Shown: positions 37,901 to 47,525, numbered from the stretch's first letter. The stretch: 64,000 nucleotides of DNA from Chthoniobacterales bacterium (GCA_038228695.1 JBBRPA010000007.1:8263-72262); one strand, 5' to 3'. The notes: generated by a model from the sequence alone, not told the origin. Translations and numbers: made by a program.

Positions 37901-40503
37901 TCGACGAGATGCCCAACGAGTTTCAGTCGCTGACTTTCTCCGCCACTGAGAACGTTGACCGGCTGCCCTAGTTTCAAATAGCCGAGACCCACACTTTCGA
38001 GGGTGCGAAAAGGTTCGATGATTTTTTTGTTTCCACCGCGCTTACCGAAGAATGTGAGCGCTTCGGTGACGGTCATTTCCAGCACATCGTGAATAGATTT
38101 GCCGTGCCAAGTGATCGCGAGGACGTGCGGCTGATAGCGTTTCCCCTCGCATTCGGAGCAGCGGATAAAGAGGTCGCTGAGAAACTGCATTTCCACTTTT
38201 TCAAATCCGATGCCGTTGCAACGCTGGCAACGACCGGTGCCGCTGTTGAAAGAGAAGGTGCTGGCGGTAAACCCAGCGGCGCGGGCCTCCGGACTTTCGG
38301 CAAATAGCTTCCGCAACTCATCGAAGACGCCGAGATAAACCGCCGGCGTTGAACGCGGGCTGCGAGCGAGCGGCGACTGATCGACCATCACCACCGTCCC
38401 AACGGAATGCGCTCCGGCGATGGCTTTGCACTGGCCGATAATCTCGCCAGTCGGCTCTCCTTTCAAACGGAGAAGGTTCTCATGCAAAACCGTGTGGACG
38501 AGAGTGGACTTTCCGCTGCCGGAGACTCCCGTGACGCAGGTAAGCAGGCCGAGCGGAATTTTTACGTCGATGTTGCGGAGATTGTTCTCGGTGGCACCCT
38601 GCACCGTGAGCCATTGGCCCGGTTTGCGGCGGCGAGCGGGAATGGCGATGGATTTTTTTCCGTAAAGATAGTCGCCGGTGAGCGATCTTTTTTCCCGGAT
38701 GAGTCCGGTCGGTTTTCCGGCAAAGACCAACTCGCCGCCTTCGTTACCCCGACCAGGCCCGATGTCCACTAGATAGTCAGCGGCGCGAATGACAGCTTCC
38801 TCATGCTCGACAACGAGCAGCGTGTTGCCTTTGTCGCGCAGTTGCTCCATCACGGAAATGAGCCGGCTAACGTCGCGGGGATGCAGTCCGACGGTCGGCT
38901 CGTCCATAACGAAGAGAGTGTTAACCAGAGAAGCGCCGAGACAGGTCGTTAGATTGACCCGCTCGACCTCGCCGCCAGAAAGGGTGCGGGTGCTACGATC
39001 AAGATCGAGATAACCGAGCCCGACTTGATCCAGATAGCGTAAGCGGTTGACCACCTCGCCGCGCACCATCGTTCCGGTCCGATCCGTTTCCGGAATCGAG
39101 AATGTCGCGATTAATTCGGCGAGTTCGCGCACCGGAATGCGGTTGAGCTGCGGAAGAGTGTGGCGTTTTTCCGCGGGATCAACGAGGTGATAGTTCAGCG
39201 TCGCGGGCTGGTAACGCCCCCCATGGCAATCGGGACATTCCGTGTAAGCGCGGTATCGGCTGAGAAAAACACGCACATGCATTTTGTAAGCGCGGGCCTC
39301 CATCCAGGAAAAAAATCCTCTCACGCCATACCAAAGATCATTCTGCCAAAGTTCTTCGCTGCCAACATCGAGGTCGCCCTCACCCTCGATAACCCACTTC
39401 TGATCGGAGGCGGGCAGTTCCGCAAAGGGTAGGTAAACATCGATGTCGTTCCGTTTGGCGTGCCGCATCAGGTCGGTCTGGCACTCGCGGGATTGTCCGC
39501 TTTGGAACGGCCGAACCACGCCCTCGGCGATGCTGAGCGATTTGTCCGGGAGCGCCCGGCTCAGATCGAGACCGATAGTGCGACCAAACCCCCGGCAAGT
39601 CGGACACGCGCCGAGCGGATTGTTAAACGAGAATAGCCCGGGAGTCGGCGGACGGATAATTTCGTCGCAATGCGCACAGTGCCAGCCTTTCGATTCGGGA
39701 ATTCGATGCGACGTGACTGGGTCGATCAGGGTGATCTTTCCCTTCCCGAAATTGAGCGCCGTCTCGATCGACTCCGTCAACCGCGATCCCGAGGAAGCCT
39801 CGATAGTGACACGGTCCTGAATCACATCGACGACGCCATGCAATGAGCCTAACGACGGCGGTTCGTCGGTCCGGTGAATCTGGCCATCGCGCCAGACGCG
39901 CAGGTAGCCTTGCGCGTTGAGAAACTGGAAAAAATCGGCTGGCGGCGTCTTCGCGGGAACGGGAATACCGAATGTGACTAAGAGGGTCTGACCGGCGTTT
40001 TCCCTTTGCAACTTCGCCGAGATCGACTGGGCTGTCTCGGGTCGGATCTCGCGGGCGCAGATCGGACAAAAGGCCCGGGCCAGCCTCGGAAAGAGCAACT
40101 TTAGGTAGTCATTAATCTCCGTCATCGTGCCAACCGTCGAGCGGGTGGTGCGGACACCATTTTTCTGCTCGATGGCAATCGCCGGAGGGATGCCGAGAAT
40201 CTCATCGACCCGCGGCTTGTCCATGCGGTCGAGAAACTGCCGGGTGTAGGGCGAGAAAGTCTCGACGTAACGTCGCTGGCCCTCGGCGTAAATAGTGTCG
40301 AAGGCGAGCGACGATTTTCCGGACCCGCTGGGGCCGGTGACGACGATCAGTTGGTTGAGCGGAAGATCAAGATCGATGCCCTTCAGATTATTCTGACGGA
40401 CATTCCGGATCTGGATGGCGTTAACGGACGGGCCAGCCGAAGCGATGCGAGGCACAGACATGGACCTATGAATACGTCTGACGGCGCATTCAGGACGGGC
40501 CAA
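34966..40503 (-). CDS. double-length UvrA-like excinuclease ABC subunit A (two complete UvrA units in tandem, four ABC ATPase modules)
   Basis: 1845 aa. There are four Walker A motifs ([36 protein letters not shown]) and four LSGGE signature motifs. Each half carries its own set of CxxC zinc modules. The second unit begins near [18 protein letters not shown] (about nt 37560). An alternative start is the ATG at 40461. Confidence 0.85.
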   Translation of the reverse strand: MARPECAVRRIHRSMSVPRIASAGPSVNAIQIRNVRQNNLKGIDLDLPLNQLIVVTGPSGSGKSSLAFDTIYAEGQRRYVETFSPYTRQFLDRMDKPRVDEILGIPPAIAIEQKNGVRTTRSTVGTMTEINDYLKLLFPRLARAFCPICAREIRPETAQSISAKLQRENAGQTLLVTFGIPVPAKTPPADFFQFLNAQGYLRVWRDGQIHRTDEPPSLGSLHGVVDVIQDRVTIEASSGSRLTESIETALNFGKGKITLIDPVTSHRIPESKGWHCAHCDEIIRPPTPGLFSFNNPLGACPTCRGFGRTIGLDLSRALPDKSLSIAEGVVRPFQSGQSRECQTDLMRHAKRNDIDVYLPFAELPASDQKWVIEGEGDLDVGSEELWQNDLWYGVRGFFSWMEARAYKMHVRVFLSRYRAYTECPDCHGGRYQPATLNYHLVDPAEKRHTLPQLNRIPVRELAELIATFSIPETDRTGTMVRGEVVNRLRYLDQVGLGYLDLDRSTRTLSGGEVERVNLTTCLGASLVNTLFVMDEPTVGLHPRDVSRLISVMEQLRDKGNTLLVVEHEEAVIRAADYLVDIGPGRGNEGGELVFAGKPTGLIREKRSLTGDYLYGKKSIAIPARRRKPGQWLTVQGATENNLRNIDVKIPLGLLTCVTGVSGSGKSTLVHTVLHENLLRLKGEPTGEIIGQCKAIAGAHSVGTVVMVDQSPLARSPRSTPAVYLGVFDELRKLFAESPEARAAGFTASTFSFNSGTGRCQRCNGIGFEKVEMQFLSDLFIRCSECEGKRYQPHVLAITWHGKSIHDVLEMTVTEALTFFGKRGGNKKIIEPFRTLESVGLGYLKLGQPVNVLSGGESQRLKLVGHLVEKSGHNQNALLIFDEPTTGLHFDDVSLLLAVFQKLVDSGNTLIVIEHNLEVIKSADHVIDLGPEAGAEGGLVVAEGTPEEVAKNPASHTGRHLAAMLGGTRLAEDPIRKSKVKNPQSNGITIHGAREHNLKNFTLTLPREKMITITGLSGSGKSTLAFDLLFAEGQRRFLDSMSPYARQFVGQMEKPDVDHIEGLPPSVAIEQRITRGGGKSTVATVTEVYHFLRLLFAKLGTQYCPKCDIPVEGQTVQKIVAQVEKLAGKKRTWLLATVVKARKGFHTDVAAAAAKDGFEMLLVDGKFLSSANFQKLERFKEHTIDVVVADLAKVAKSEIRPLVERALKVGKRTAKILHDGTETILSTEMTCPKCARAFEELDPRLFSFNSPHGWCATCNGFGEIFHASVKVDDNASVLERELAEERAHEWIEAGEAKPCTACHGARLNEVARHVRVNDLTIDRLAHGSVRDSLLTIGELRFAKDQRVISDDILPEITQRLRFMQNVGLSYLALDRSAKTLSGGESQRIRLAAQLGSNLRGVLYVLDEPTIGLHPRDNDALLDTLQALRAKGNTLVIVEHDEETMRRSDVIVDLGPGAGMNGGEVVAQGTLAQIKTCKNSRTGHYLKHPMRHPLRGARRPMEKLQWLQLIEADVNNLKDITVRFPIGRLTAITGISGSGKSTLMRSALKPAVEAALSKKRRKNGDHPLLKGAEHLEAVYEVDQSPIGKTSRSIPATYIKVFDEIRLLFASLPMSRMRGYTNTRFSFNTEGGRCEACAGQGVIKMEMNFLPASYVPCEDCGGTRYNAQTREVEYNGKNIGDVMNMTIAEAAEFFSTSQKIHRTLQLLVDTGLGYLKLGQPSPTLSGGEAQRLKLVSELRLGAARDHTNKIRKMRVAKSTLYLLEEPTIGLHMADVEMLLGVIQRLVDVGHTVIVIEHNLNVIAEADYVVDIGPEAGAAGGEVVATGTPEEIARHKTSRIAPYLRKTLA

Positions 40504-40556
40504 TTACTTGGGGAATCAACCTTTCGGCCGACTGATAGTCCGACGCTTCTGCGAGA

Positions 40557-40982
40557 CTACGGTCTCGCGCTCCAATCCTGCAGGGCCAAAGCGACGGACA
40601 GAGCCGCCGGATCGCCAGCCTCAAGCCGGGAGATAAGGGTCTTTTTCGCTTCCGAGACACGATTGCCTTTGGAGGAGGATTTTTCCTTGCGGCTGGCAGG
40701 GATTTCGTAGCTGAAGCGAAGATATTTACGAACATTTTCCGGCGTCTGATCCTCGAGATCGGCCTTGAGAAAAATCATGGCCTGTTGGAGATCAATTTTC
40801 TGGAATCCATTGTAAACCGCGAGTCGTTGGACTTTGGTGAATCCGCGAGTTCCTGCAAAAATGCGGGAGCAGATTGATTGTTCGATTCCGGTGGTCCGTG
40901 CGAATTCAGACTGAGAATGGTCAGCTTGGGTCCACACGCGTAGCGCTTTTTGGAGATAGTTCGTTTTCAATGTTAGATACAA
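40557..40982 (-). CDS. XRE-type helix-turn-helix DNA-binding protein (hypothetical)
   Basis: 141 aa. SQSEFARTTGIEQSICSRIFAG fits an HTH_XRE motif. The 5' end and upstream region are AT-rich. Confidence 0.5.
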   Translation of the reverse strand: MYLTLKTNYLQKALRVWTQADHSQSEFARTTGIEQSICSRIFAGTRGFTKVQRLAVYNGFQKIDLQQAMIFLKADLEDQTPENVRKYLRFSYEIPASRKEKSSSKGNRVSEAKKTLISRLEAGDPAALSVALALQDWSARP

Positions 40983-41185
40983 AATTACTTTTTGCGTCTT
41001 CTATTAAAACATCAAATGGAGAAAATAGTGCAACTATTTATGATAAATTAATTCTTTAGTTGAATTGAACTCGACGGAGAGCGGCTTTTTCTCGTTACCA
41101 CATACTCCGCGCCAACTCCTCGAGTGGCCGTTTTTTTGAGTTGCCAACCCCCCAACCCTAGCGACGCTTAGTTTTTCAATTATCC

Positions 41186-41860
41186 ATGACGACCTCGCAA
41201 CTTTTTCTTTCCCGCCGTTCGGTGCGGGCGTTTTTGCCAAAACTGGTGCCGCGCGAGACGATTGAATCTGTTTTAAAGCATGCCAGCCGTGCGCCCTCGG
41301 GAACAAACACCCAACCGTGGCGCGTCGCTGTTCTCACCGGGCCGACGCTGTCTAGCCTTACTGCCAAGCTGCTAGCGGCCACCGCTGATCCCGAGCGTGA
41401 AACGAAGTATTCCGAGCCGTATGCCTATTATCCCAAGCAATGGGGCACGCCCTACATCGAACGTCGGCGCAAAATCGGCTACGACATGTATGGCCTCCTC
41501 GGCATCGGGCGGCGCGACGTCGAGCGGATGCGCGAGCAATGGAACCGCAACTTTGAATTTTTTGGCGCGCCGGTTGGACTCATGTTCACGATCGACCGCG
41601 TGATGGAGCAGGGAAGCTGGCTGGATTACGGGATGTTCATTCAGAGCCTGATGCTCGCCGCCCGCGCGGAGGGCCTCGATACCTGCCCGCAGGCCGCCTT
41701 CAACGAATTTCACTCCATCATTCTTCCGCACATCGGTGCCGGGGAAAACGAAACCCTCGTCTGCGGCATGTCGCTGGGTTTTGCTGATGAGTCCGCGCCA
41801 GTCAATGCGCTGCAAACCGAGCGCGCTTCTTTGGAGGAGTTTGTTAGGTTTCTCGATTGA
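41186..41860 (+). CDS. nitroreductase family protein
   Basis: 224 aa. The N-terminal RRSVRAFLPK.VPRE.IE.VL..A.RAPSG.N.QPWR segment is the nitroreductase signature. Confidence 0.85.
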   Translation: MTTSQLFLSRRSVRAFLPKLVPRETIESVLKHASRAPSGTNTQPWRVAVLTGPTLSSLTAKLLAATADPERETKYSEPYAYYPKQWGTPYIERRRKIGYDMYGLLGIGRRDVERMREQWNRNFEFFGAPVGLMFTIDRVMEQGSWLDYGMFIQSLMLAARAEGLDTCPQAAFNEFHSIILPHIGAGENETLVCGMSLGFADESAPVNALQTERASLEEFVRFLD

Positions 41861-42332
41861 GAGCCGACTCCAGCCCGAGGAGAAAACGTTTCCGTTCCAG
41901 CCCGCCGCCGTAACCGGTTAGGGAGCCGTTTTTACCGATGACACGGTGGCACGGAATGACAATCGAAAGCGGATTAGCTCCATTTGCTAAGCCGACCGCA
42001 CGAACGGCTTTCGGACGGCCAATCCGCCGCGCTTGCTCTCCGTAGCTGATGGTTTCACCGAAAGGGATTTCCAGCAAGGCGCGCCAAACGCTGAGTTGGA
42101 ATGGCGTCCCTTTTGGATCCAGCGGGAGATCAAATTTTTTCAGACCGCCCGCAAAATAGGCAGCAAGCTGGGAGCGAGCTTCTCTGAAACGGGAGTCATC
42201 GGCGACGCTGTCTGCGGGGATGGGATTGGGGTGGGTGTCCATGAAAATGCCGGTTAGTCCTTGCGCCGAGGCTACGAGGGTAAGCAGACCGATCGGTGAT
42301 GGAATGAGGCAGTGGTGGTGGATTGTTTTCAT
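41844..42332 (-). CDS. ogt: methylated-DNA--protein-cysteine methyltransferase (Ogt)
   Basis: The active site is IVIPCHRVIGKNGSLTGYGGGLERKRFLL (PCHRV). I chose the ATG at 42332 (MKTIHHH), which overlaps the upstream gene's stop as ATGA. Confidence 0.9.
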   Translation of the reverse strand: MKTIHHHCLIPSPIGLLTLVASAQGLTGIFMDTHPNPIPADSVADDSRFREARSQLAAYFAGGLKKFDLPLDPKGTPFQLSVWRALLEIPFGETISYGEQARRIGRPKAVRAVGLANGANPLSIVIPCHRVIGKNGSLTGYGGGLERKRFLLGLESALNRET

Positions 42333-42688
42333 GTGAGTGATTGCCAGAGGTACAGGGTGGCATAGGCGCGCCAAAGCCGCCATTTTTCGGCGAGGGCGTT
42401 GATCTGGTCAAGACAAGGAGTCGGGGTGGAGATTTTTTTGCCAAACTGGCACGCGAAAGATTCCGACGGAGCGAGTTCGGGACGACAGCGAAGGCAGGGA
42501 CGAAAGCCGGCCTCTTCGGCGGCAGCGGCGACTGCAAAAAGAGTGCCGGAAGCAGCCTTCGCCTTACGAGCCGGGAAAACCGGGCGGCAGTAAATCCCCG
42601 TCGTTGAAACTCCGACGAAAAACAATCCGTCAAAGCGCGCGGCGCGGGCTTGGAGAGCGCGATAACAAGTATCAAAATCGGGAATCAC
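42329..42688 (-). CDS. stand-alone Ada N-terminal zinc-binding (methylphosphotriester repair)-like domain protein
   Basis: 119 aa. RFDGLFFVGVSTTGIYCRPVFPAR...AGFRPCLRCRP matches the Ada_Zn_binding pattern. The second Zn-ligand Cys position (CRPSCxAR in E. coli Ada) reads CRPVFPAR here. There is no AraC HTH domain. Confidence 0.65.
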   Translation of the reverse strand: MIPDFDTCYRALQARAARFDGLFFVGVSTTGIYCRPVFPARKAKAASGTLFAVAAAAEEAGFRPCLRCRPELAPSESFACQFGKKISTPTPCLDQINALAEKWRLWRAYATLYLWQSLT

Positions 42689-42740
42689 CCAGCAACATTA
42701 GCGTAAATTGATCCGGCCGACTCGCCGTTTTCGGCCTTGA

Positions 42741-43346
42741 TTACGACGGCGGATTCCAGCCAGCGGTGAGGAACGCAGCGCCCCCAAGAAGCACAATAAT
42801 CCAACCGGCCAAGCGGGTCGCATTGCCGATCCACTCGGGATGCAGGCGTTTTCCAAAAAATGCCGACAGCCAAGATAAAAACACCCACCAACTGAGTGAG
42901 CCGAAGGCAACGCCCAGGACAACCAGACTACGGCCACTCGTCAACCCCATGCCGGCAAAAATCGCGATGAAGGAAAATATCGTTAGCGGATTGGCCAGCG
43001 TGACCAGAAACGAGGAAACGAAATCGCTGTGTGCCGCAGTCGGCCGGAACTCTGAAACGCTGGCTTTCGAAAATGCGATCTTCAATCCCAGCCCCATCAA
43101 AAACAATGCCCCGAAAACGCGCAGTGGATAGGCCCATTGCTGCAAAAGTGAACTCAGCGCCGAGACCCCAAAAATAGCGATCGCCGCATAAAACGCGTCT
43201 GCCATTGTCACCCCCAAACCGGTGGCCACACCCGTCCGAAAACCGCCCCGCAACGAACGGCTGATGCAGAGTAACCCGCAGGGGCCAACCGGTGCCGCAA
43301 TACAAAAACCGATGACGGCGGATTTCCAGAACAGAATCCCGTTCAT
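42741..43346 (-). CDS. LysE/RhtB-family amino-acid efflux protein
   Basis: 201 aa with 5-6 TM helices. The N-terminal GFCIAAPVGPCGLLCISRSL segment is typical of the LysE family. Confidence 0.75.
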   Translation of the reverse strand: MNGILFWKSAVIGFCIAAPVGPCGLLCISRSLRGGFRTGVATGLGVTMADAFYAAIAIFGVSALSSLLQQWAYPLRVFGALFLMGLGLKIAFSKASVSEFRPTAAHSDFVSSFLVTLANPLTIFSFIAIFAGMGLTSGRSLVVLGVAFGSLSWWVFLSWLSAFFGKRLHPEWIGNATRLAGWIIVLLGGAAFLTAGWNPPS

Positions 43347-43385
43347 ACCGAAGCCGCTCCTCCAGAGTTGGCCAGATCCCGACTG

Positions 43386-43781
43386 TCAGGCCGCTTTGTC
43401 ACCGCCATTGGTGGGATATTTTTTTTTGCCAGACGCAATCAGCATGAGATTGCGCACATAAACAATCGTGGGAAAAGCGAACCCGATGATGATCGGCATT
43501 TTTCCAACATGAATGGCGTAAGCGAGCGAGAGAATGCTGCCCACGATGCTCAAATACCAAAACTGCACCGGAATGACGCTTTGCTTGAGCTTTTCTGACA
43601 CATACCACTGGACCAGGAAACGACTCGCGAAGGTTAAATTCCCTGTGTAACCGATTAGACTCCAAAGGGTCAGTTCGCCTTGAAGATTTGTTTTCAGGTT
43701 ATCGAGATAGGTGGCAAGGAGGAAGATCATCGCGTCATTAGGCTCGCAAAACGGTCTGTGCGCCAAGCAGAAAACATTCAA
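43386..43781 (-). CDS. lipid-A-disaccharide synthase N-terminal (LAB_N) domain membrane protein
   Basis: 131 aa. GYTGNLTFASRFLVQWYVSEKLKQSVIPVQFWYLSIVGSILSLAYAI matches the LAB_N pattern (RF..QW..SEK...S..P..FW..S..G). Confidence 0.65.
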   Translation of the reverse strand: MNVFCLAHRPFCEPNDAMIFLLATYLDNLKTNLQGELTLWSLIGYTGNLTFASRFLVQWYVSEKLKQSVIPVQFWYLSIVGSILSLAYAIHVGKMPIIIGFAFPTIVYVRNLMLIASGKKKYPTNGGDKAA

Positions 43782-43852
43782 CTCGGATGCGACTGCAGAT
43801 CAGCGGCACTTTTCTCCGTGCCCTTTCGGAAGGGCGTGCGATAACTTTCTGC

Positions 43853-44581
43853 ATGCTTCCGTCCAGACAGGGATCCTTTCGATTGTTTAGCGCATTTGGA
43901 ATTCAAGTTTCCCTGCATTGGAGCTGGTTTCTTGTTGCCTATTATCGCTTTGAATCGGGACGCGAAAACTACCAGAACCCAGCCTGGATGCTCGGCGAAT
44001 ACGTCACGCTTTTTGCCATCGTGCTTCTGCACGAGTTCGGGCATTCACTGGCCTGCCGCTCGGTTGGCGGACAATCGGATCGGATTGTTCTCTGGCCGTT
44101 TGGCGGTATCGCCTTTGTGCAACCGCCCCACCGTCCCGGGGCGTTTTTGTGGAGCATCGCGGCGGGGCCGCTGGTCAACGTCGCGCTCGTCCCAGTGCTT
44201 TACGGCCTGCGCTTCGTTACTGCCCTGTCTGGTCTTACCCCGGCCGGAGGAGACGCGGAGTATTTTCTCGCCTCCGTCTGGCAGATCAACCTGATCCTGC
44301 TGTTCTTCAATCTTCTGCCCATTTATCCCCTCGACGGAGGACAGATCTTCCAATCCATCCTTTGGTTTTTCACTGGCTATGCTCGTAGTGTGATTGTGGC
44401 CGGCGGACTTGGTTTAGTTCTCGGTGCCGGCGCGGTGATATGGGGTTTTTCATCGGGAAATTGGTGGCTCGGATTAATCTCTCTTTTCCTGATTTCGCAA
44501 TCGTGGCGGAGCTTTCAAAACGCGCGACAAATTTTGCGCTACGAGAAGGAACAGCGGCAAAGCGCCGTGATTGACATCTGA
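43853..44581 (+). CDS. site-2 protease family (M50) zinc metalloprotease
   Basis: The HExxH motif lies in a TM helix (LLHEFGHSLA), followed by NLLPIYPLDGG. I chose the ATG at 43853 (MLPSRQGSFRLFSAFGIQVSLHWSW); an upstream ATG at 43787 is also possible. Confidence 0.8.
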   Translation: MLPSRQGSFRLFSAFGIQVSLHWSWFLVAYYRFESGRENYQNPAWMLGEYVTLFAIVLLHEFGHSLACRSVGGQSDRIVLWPFGGIAFVQPPHRPGAFLWSIAAGPLVNVALVPVLYGLRFVTALSGLTPAGGDAEYFLASVWQINLILLFFNLLPIYPLDGGQIFQSILWFFTGYARSVIVAGGLGLVLGAGAVIWGFSSGNWWLGLISLFLISQSWRSFQNARQILRYEKEQRQSAVIDI

Positions 44582-44608
44582 GACGTAGAGCACCGTAAAA
44601 TCGTAGAA

Positions 44609-45805
44609 ATGGTTTCCGATCCATCTAAACATCGACGCGTCGCAGTGACTGGGTGTGGCGTGGTCAGTCCGCTCGGCATCGGCATGAATGCAAATTTGGA
44701 GGCGTTGCGCGAAGGCCGGGATGCGGTTCGCGAAGTGACTGCGTTCGACGTCAGCCAGACGAAATGCAAAACCGCCGGCCACGTGGACGCCGGCTTTATT
44801 TCCGGCGATATCCGGCGGCGACGCCGTCTGCACCCCGCTTCTCACCTGCTTATTGCTGCCATGGCCGAAGCGGTCACCGGGCTCGGAACGGCAAAACCTG
44901 AGCTCTGCATTATTGGCACCACCAGCGGGGGAATGTCGTTCGGGGAATCTTTCTACCGCGCTCTGCGCGACCGTCGGAAAAGCACCGGACTCGCCAGCGC
45001 CGTGGTCAATTACACACCCCAGAAACCGGTCCTCGACGCACTTTCCGCCACCCAACTTTCCATGCCGATCCAGATCATCGCCAACGCCTGCGCGACGGGA
45101 ACTAATGCCATCGGACATGCGTTTTCCCTTATCCGCTCTGGCCGTTGCCAGGCCGTCCTTTGCGGCGGCTACGACGCGCTCAGCGAATTAGTCTTCGTCG
45201 GATTCGATGCACTCCAAGCGTCCACTGCGGAAAAAATCCGGCCCTTCGACGCGCAACGTTCCGGGCTCGTTCTCGGCGAAGGTGCAGCCGTTCTTTCGCT
45301 GGAAAACTGGGAAAGCGCCGAACAACGCGGCGCGCAAATCCTTGGCGAAATCACCGGCTACGGCGTCTCGACCGACACCTACAACCTCACCCAACCGCAC
45401 CCCAGCGGTATCGGCCCGAAGCTCGCCATGCAGCGCGCTCTCGCCTCCGCACGGATTTCCCCGGGCGACATTGACTACATCAACGCCCACGGCACCGCGA
45501 CCCAGTTCAACGACGCCACCGAAGGCATCGCCATCTCTGAAATCTTTGGCAAGGTCGCCGTCAGTTCGACGAAATCCATGATGGGTCATTCGCTCGGCGC
45601 GGCCGGTGCGATCGAGGCGGCATTCTCTCTCTTAGCCCTGCAACACGGATTCCTTCCACCTAACATCAACCTGGTCGAACCCGATCCGCAGAACACCTTC
45701 GACCTAGTGGCCAACTCCGCGCGCCCTGCTCCGATCCGGCGCGTCCTTTCTAATTCCTTTGGCTTCGGCGGCACGAACGCCGCGATCGTCCTCCAACGCA
45801 ACTAA
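44609..45805 (+). CDS. beta-ketoacyl-ACP synthase (KAS I/II, FabF-like), catalytic triad intact
   Basis: 398 aa with Cys in NACATGTNAIG, His in NAHGTATQ.ND, His in KSMMGHSLGAAG, and the C-terminal NSFGFGGTNAAIVL. Confidence 0.85.
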   Translation: MVSDPSKHRRVAVTGCGVVSPLGIGMNANLEALREGRDAVREVTAFDVSQTKCKTAGHVDAGFISGDIRRRRRLHPASHLLIAAMAEAVTGLGTAKPELCIIGTTSGGMSFGESFYRALRDRRKSTGLASAVVNYTPQKPVLDALSATQLSMPIQIIANACATGTNAIGHAFSLIRSGRCQAVLCGGYDALSELVFVGFDALQASTAEKIRPFDAQRSGLVLGEGAAVLSLENWESAEQRGAQILGEITGYGVSTDTYNLTQPHPSGIGPKLAMQRALASARISPGDIDYINAHGTATQFNDATEGIAISEIFGKVAVSSTKSMMGHSLGAAGAIEAAFSLLALQHGFLPPNINLVEPDPQNTFDLVANSARPAPIRRVLSNSFGFGGTNAAIVLQRN

Positions 45806-45806
45806 C

Positions 45807-46862
45807 ATGGATCGCGTCACCATTTCTGGCATCGGACTCGTCTCTCCTCTCGGCGCGGATGTGGCTGTGACCTGGGAAAAAATCAAGGCCGGCGAAAGGG
45901 CGTCCGTATCACTGCTAACCTCACCGCTGGCCGACCACGATTTCCCGTGCCTCACCGTTCCGCGCGATGCGGCCCGGGACTACGAACGGCATCCGCGTCT
46001 GCGGCGCTCGAGCGAGATCTCACACTTCGCCGCCATCGCCGGAATGAACGCCCTGCGCGACGCCGGCATCGAGCCGGGTCAGGAGGGCATTGGCATAGTT
46101 TTCGGCGTGAGCAGCGGTGGCGTCCGTTACACCACGCGTTTTTACAGCGACGTCGTTACCAGCGGCGCCGCGACGGCTAGCCCCTTGCTATTTCCCGAGA
46201 CGGTTTACAACGCCCCCGCCAGCCATCTCGCTGCATTGCTCGGTCTCGACGGAATTAGCTATACGCTCGTTGGCGACTCGGTGGTCGGGCTTTCCGCGCT
46301 TGCCATGGCGGTTGATCTGGTAGCCACGGGCGAACTAGAACATTGCGTGGTCGTTGCTTGCGAAGAATCGGAGTGGATTCTCTGCGAGGCGTTCCGGCGC
46401 AGCCGTTTTTTTGTCCGATCGGATGTCACCCGGCCGTTCGGCGGACCAGGAAACCGGGGCACGATTTTTTCCGAGGGCGCAGCCGCCGTGGTGGTCTCGC
46501 GAACTGGTTCGATCGAGATCGAGGCAGTGCACCGCGGGCTTCCTTTTTTCAAGAATCGCGAGGCCGGGACCGCGTTGCAGACCGTTCTCCACGATCTGGG
46601 AACTCCTCCCGAAATGGTTTTCACGGGGGCCAACGGCACCGCCTTTGACGACGCCGAACTCGCCGCGCTCGACTCCGTCTGGCCGCAAGCGGAGCGATCT
46701 AACATCAAGGCCGCACTGGGCGAATCCGTTGGCGCAAGTACATTGCAGCAGACGGTGCTTGCGACCCACCTGCTACGGAGCGGTTCGCAACAGCGAGCGG
46801 GCATTTCCGCCATCGGCTACAACGCCATGGTGTCGGGGGCGATTCTGCGACGCAGCGCCTAG
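45807..46862 (+). CDS. KS-like protein lacking the Cys-His-His triad (chain-length-factor-like partner)
   Basis: I chose the ATG at 45807, 1 nt after the upstream stop. The KS fold motifs are recognisable, but the active-site positions read LVGDSVVGLSAL, GANGTAFDD and KAALGESVGAS. Confidence 0.65.
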   Translation: MDRVTISGIGLVSPLGADVAVTWEKIKAGERASVSLLTSPLADHDFPCLTVPRDAARDYERHPRLRRSSEISHFAAIAGMNALRDAGIEPGQEGIGIVFGVSSGGVRYTTRFYSDVVTSGAATASPLLFPETVYNAPASHLAALLGLDGISYTLVGDSVVGLSALAMAVDLVATGELEHCVVVACEESEWILCEAFRRSRFFVRSDVTRPFGGPGNRGTIFSEGAAAVVVSRTGSIEIEAVHRGLPFFKNREAGTALQTVLHDLGTPPEMVFTGANGTAFDDAELAALDSVWPQAERSNIKAALGESVGASTLQQTVLATHLLRSGSQQRAGISAIGYNAMVSGAILRRSA

Positions 46863-47404
46863 GCGTTCGGCTCGGCCCGAGTCTCCACGAAACGGGCATA
46901 GAGCCAGCAGAGATCCGAGAGCCGATTGAGATAACGCACAATCTCCGGATTGACCACCTCGCCCGCTTCGCGCAGCTCGATCACTCGCCGCTCAGCCCGA
47001 CGACAAATCGTCCGTGCCACATCGAGCGCCGCCGAAGCCGGATTAAATCCCGGCGTGGCCCAATGCTTGAAACTAACCTGATGATTTTTCTCTAGGTCAT
47101 CGATCAATGTCGTGACCGCATCGACCATCGGGACCGTCACCAATTTAAAACCATCGCCGACGTAACGCTCGCGATCCGATTCCGCCACGGCCAACTCACC
47201 CATCAAAACGACGAGTTCCTTTTGAATCGCAAAAACCGGCCCCGTGATAAATTCGTCAGCAACCGTCGCCCGCACCGTGCCCAGCGCGGCGTTGAGTTCA
47301 TCGACCGTCCCATAGGCTTCCACCCTCGCATCTACTTTTGAAACTCTGCGGCCATACATCAGTGCCGTGGTGCCGGTGTCTCCTGTCTTGGTCGCTATGC
47401 TCAT
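46859..47404 (-). CDS. ATP:cob(I)alamin adenosyltransferase, PduO type
   Basis: I chose the ATG at 47404. MSIATKTGDTGTTALMYGRRVSKVDARVEAYGTVDELNAALG is the PduO-type N-terminal signature. Confidence 0.85.
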   Translation of the reverse strand: MSIATKTGDTGTTALMYGRRVSKVDARVEAYGTVDELNAALGTVRATVADEFITGPVFAIQKELVVLMGELAVAESDRERYVGDGFKLVTVPMVDAVTTLIDDLEKNHQVSFKHWATPGFNPASAALDVARTICRRAERRVIELREAGEVVNPEIVRYLNRLSDLCWLYARFVETRAEPNA

Positions 47405-47525
47405 GTCACCGGATTGTCGGAGCGCCGGCGAATTTATGCAACTCCGCAACCGCTCAGGAAAAGCGTTTTCCGCATTTTTTACGAGAGCAGTTGATTCCCG
47501 AAACGGATCGGAACAACATGCGTAA

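Noticed and set aside
42196-42675. 159-aa alternative-frame ORF across the ada-like/ogt junction, considered as a possible sign of a frameshifted Ada-Ogt fusion
   Set aside because: The two annotated frames each give recognisable domains and meet in a clean ATGA stop/start overlap. No frameshift is needed.
46859-46862. Convergent KS-like and PduO genes share overlapping stop codons in a CTAG palindrome
   Set aside because: It is real but trivial. Such tail-to-tail overlaps are common in compact genomes and imply nothing functional by themselves.
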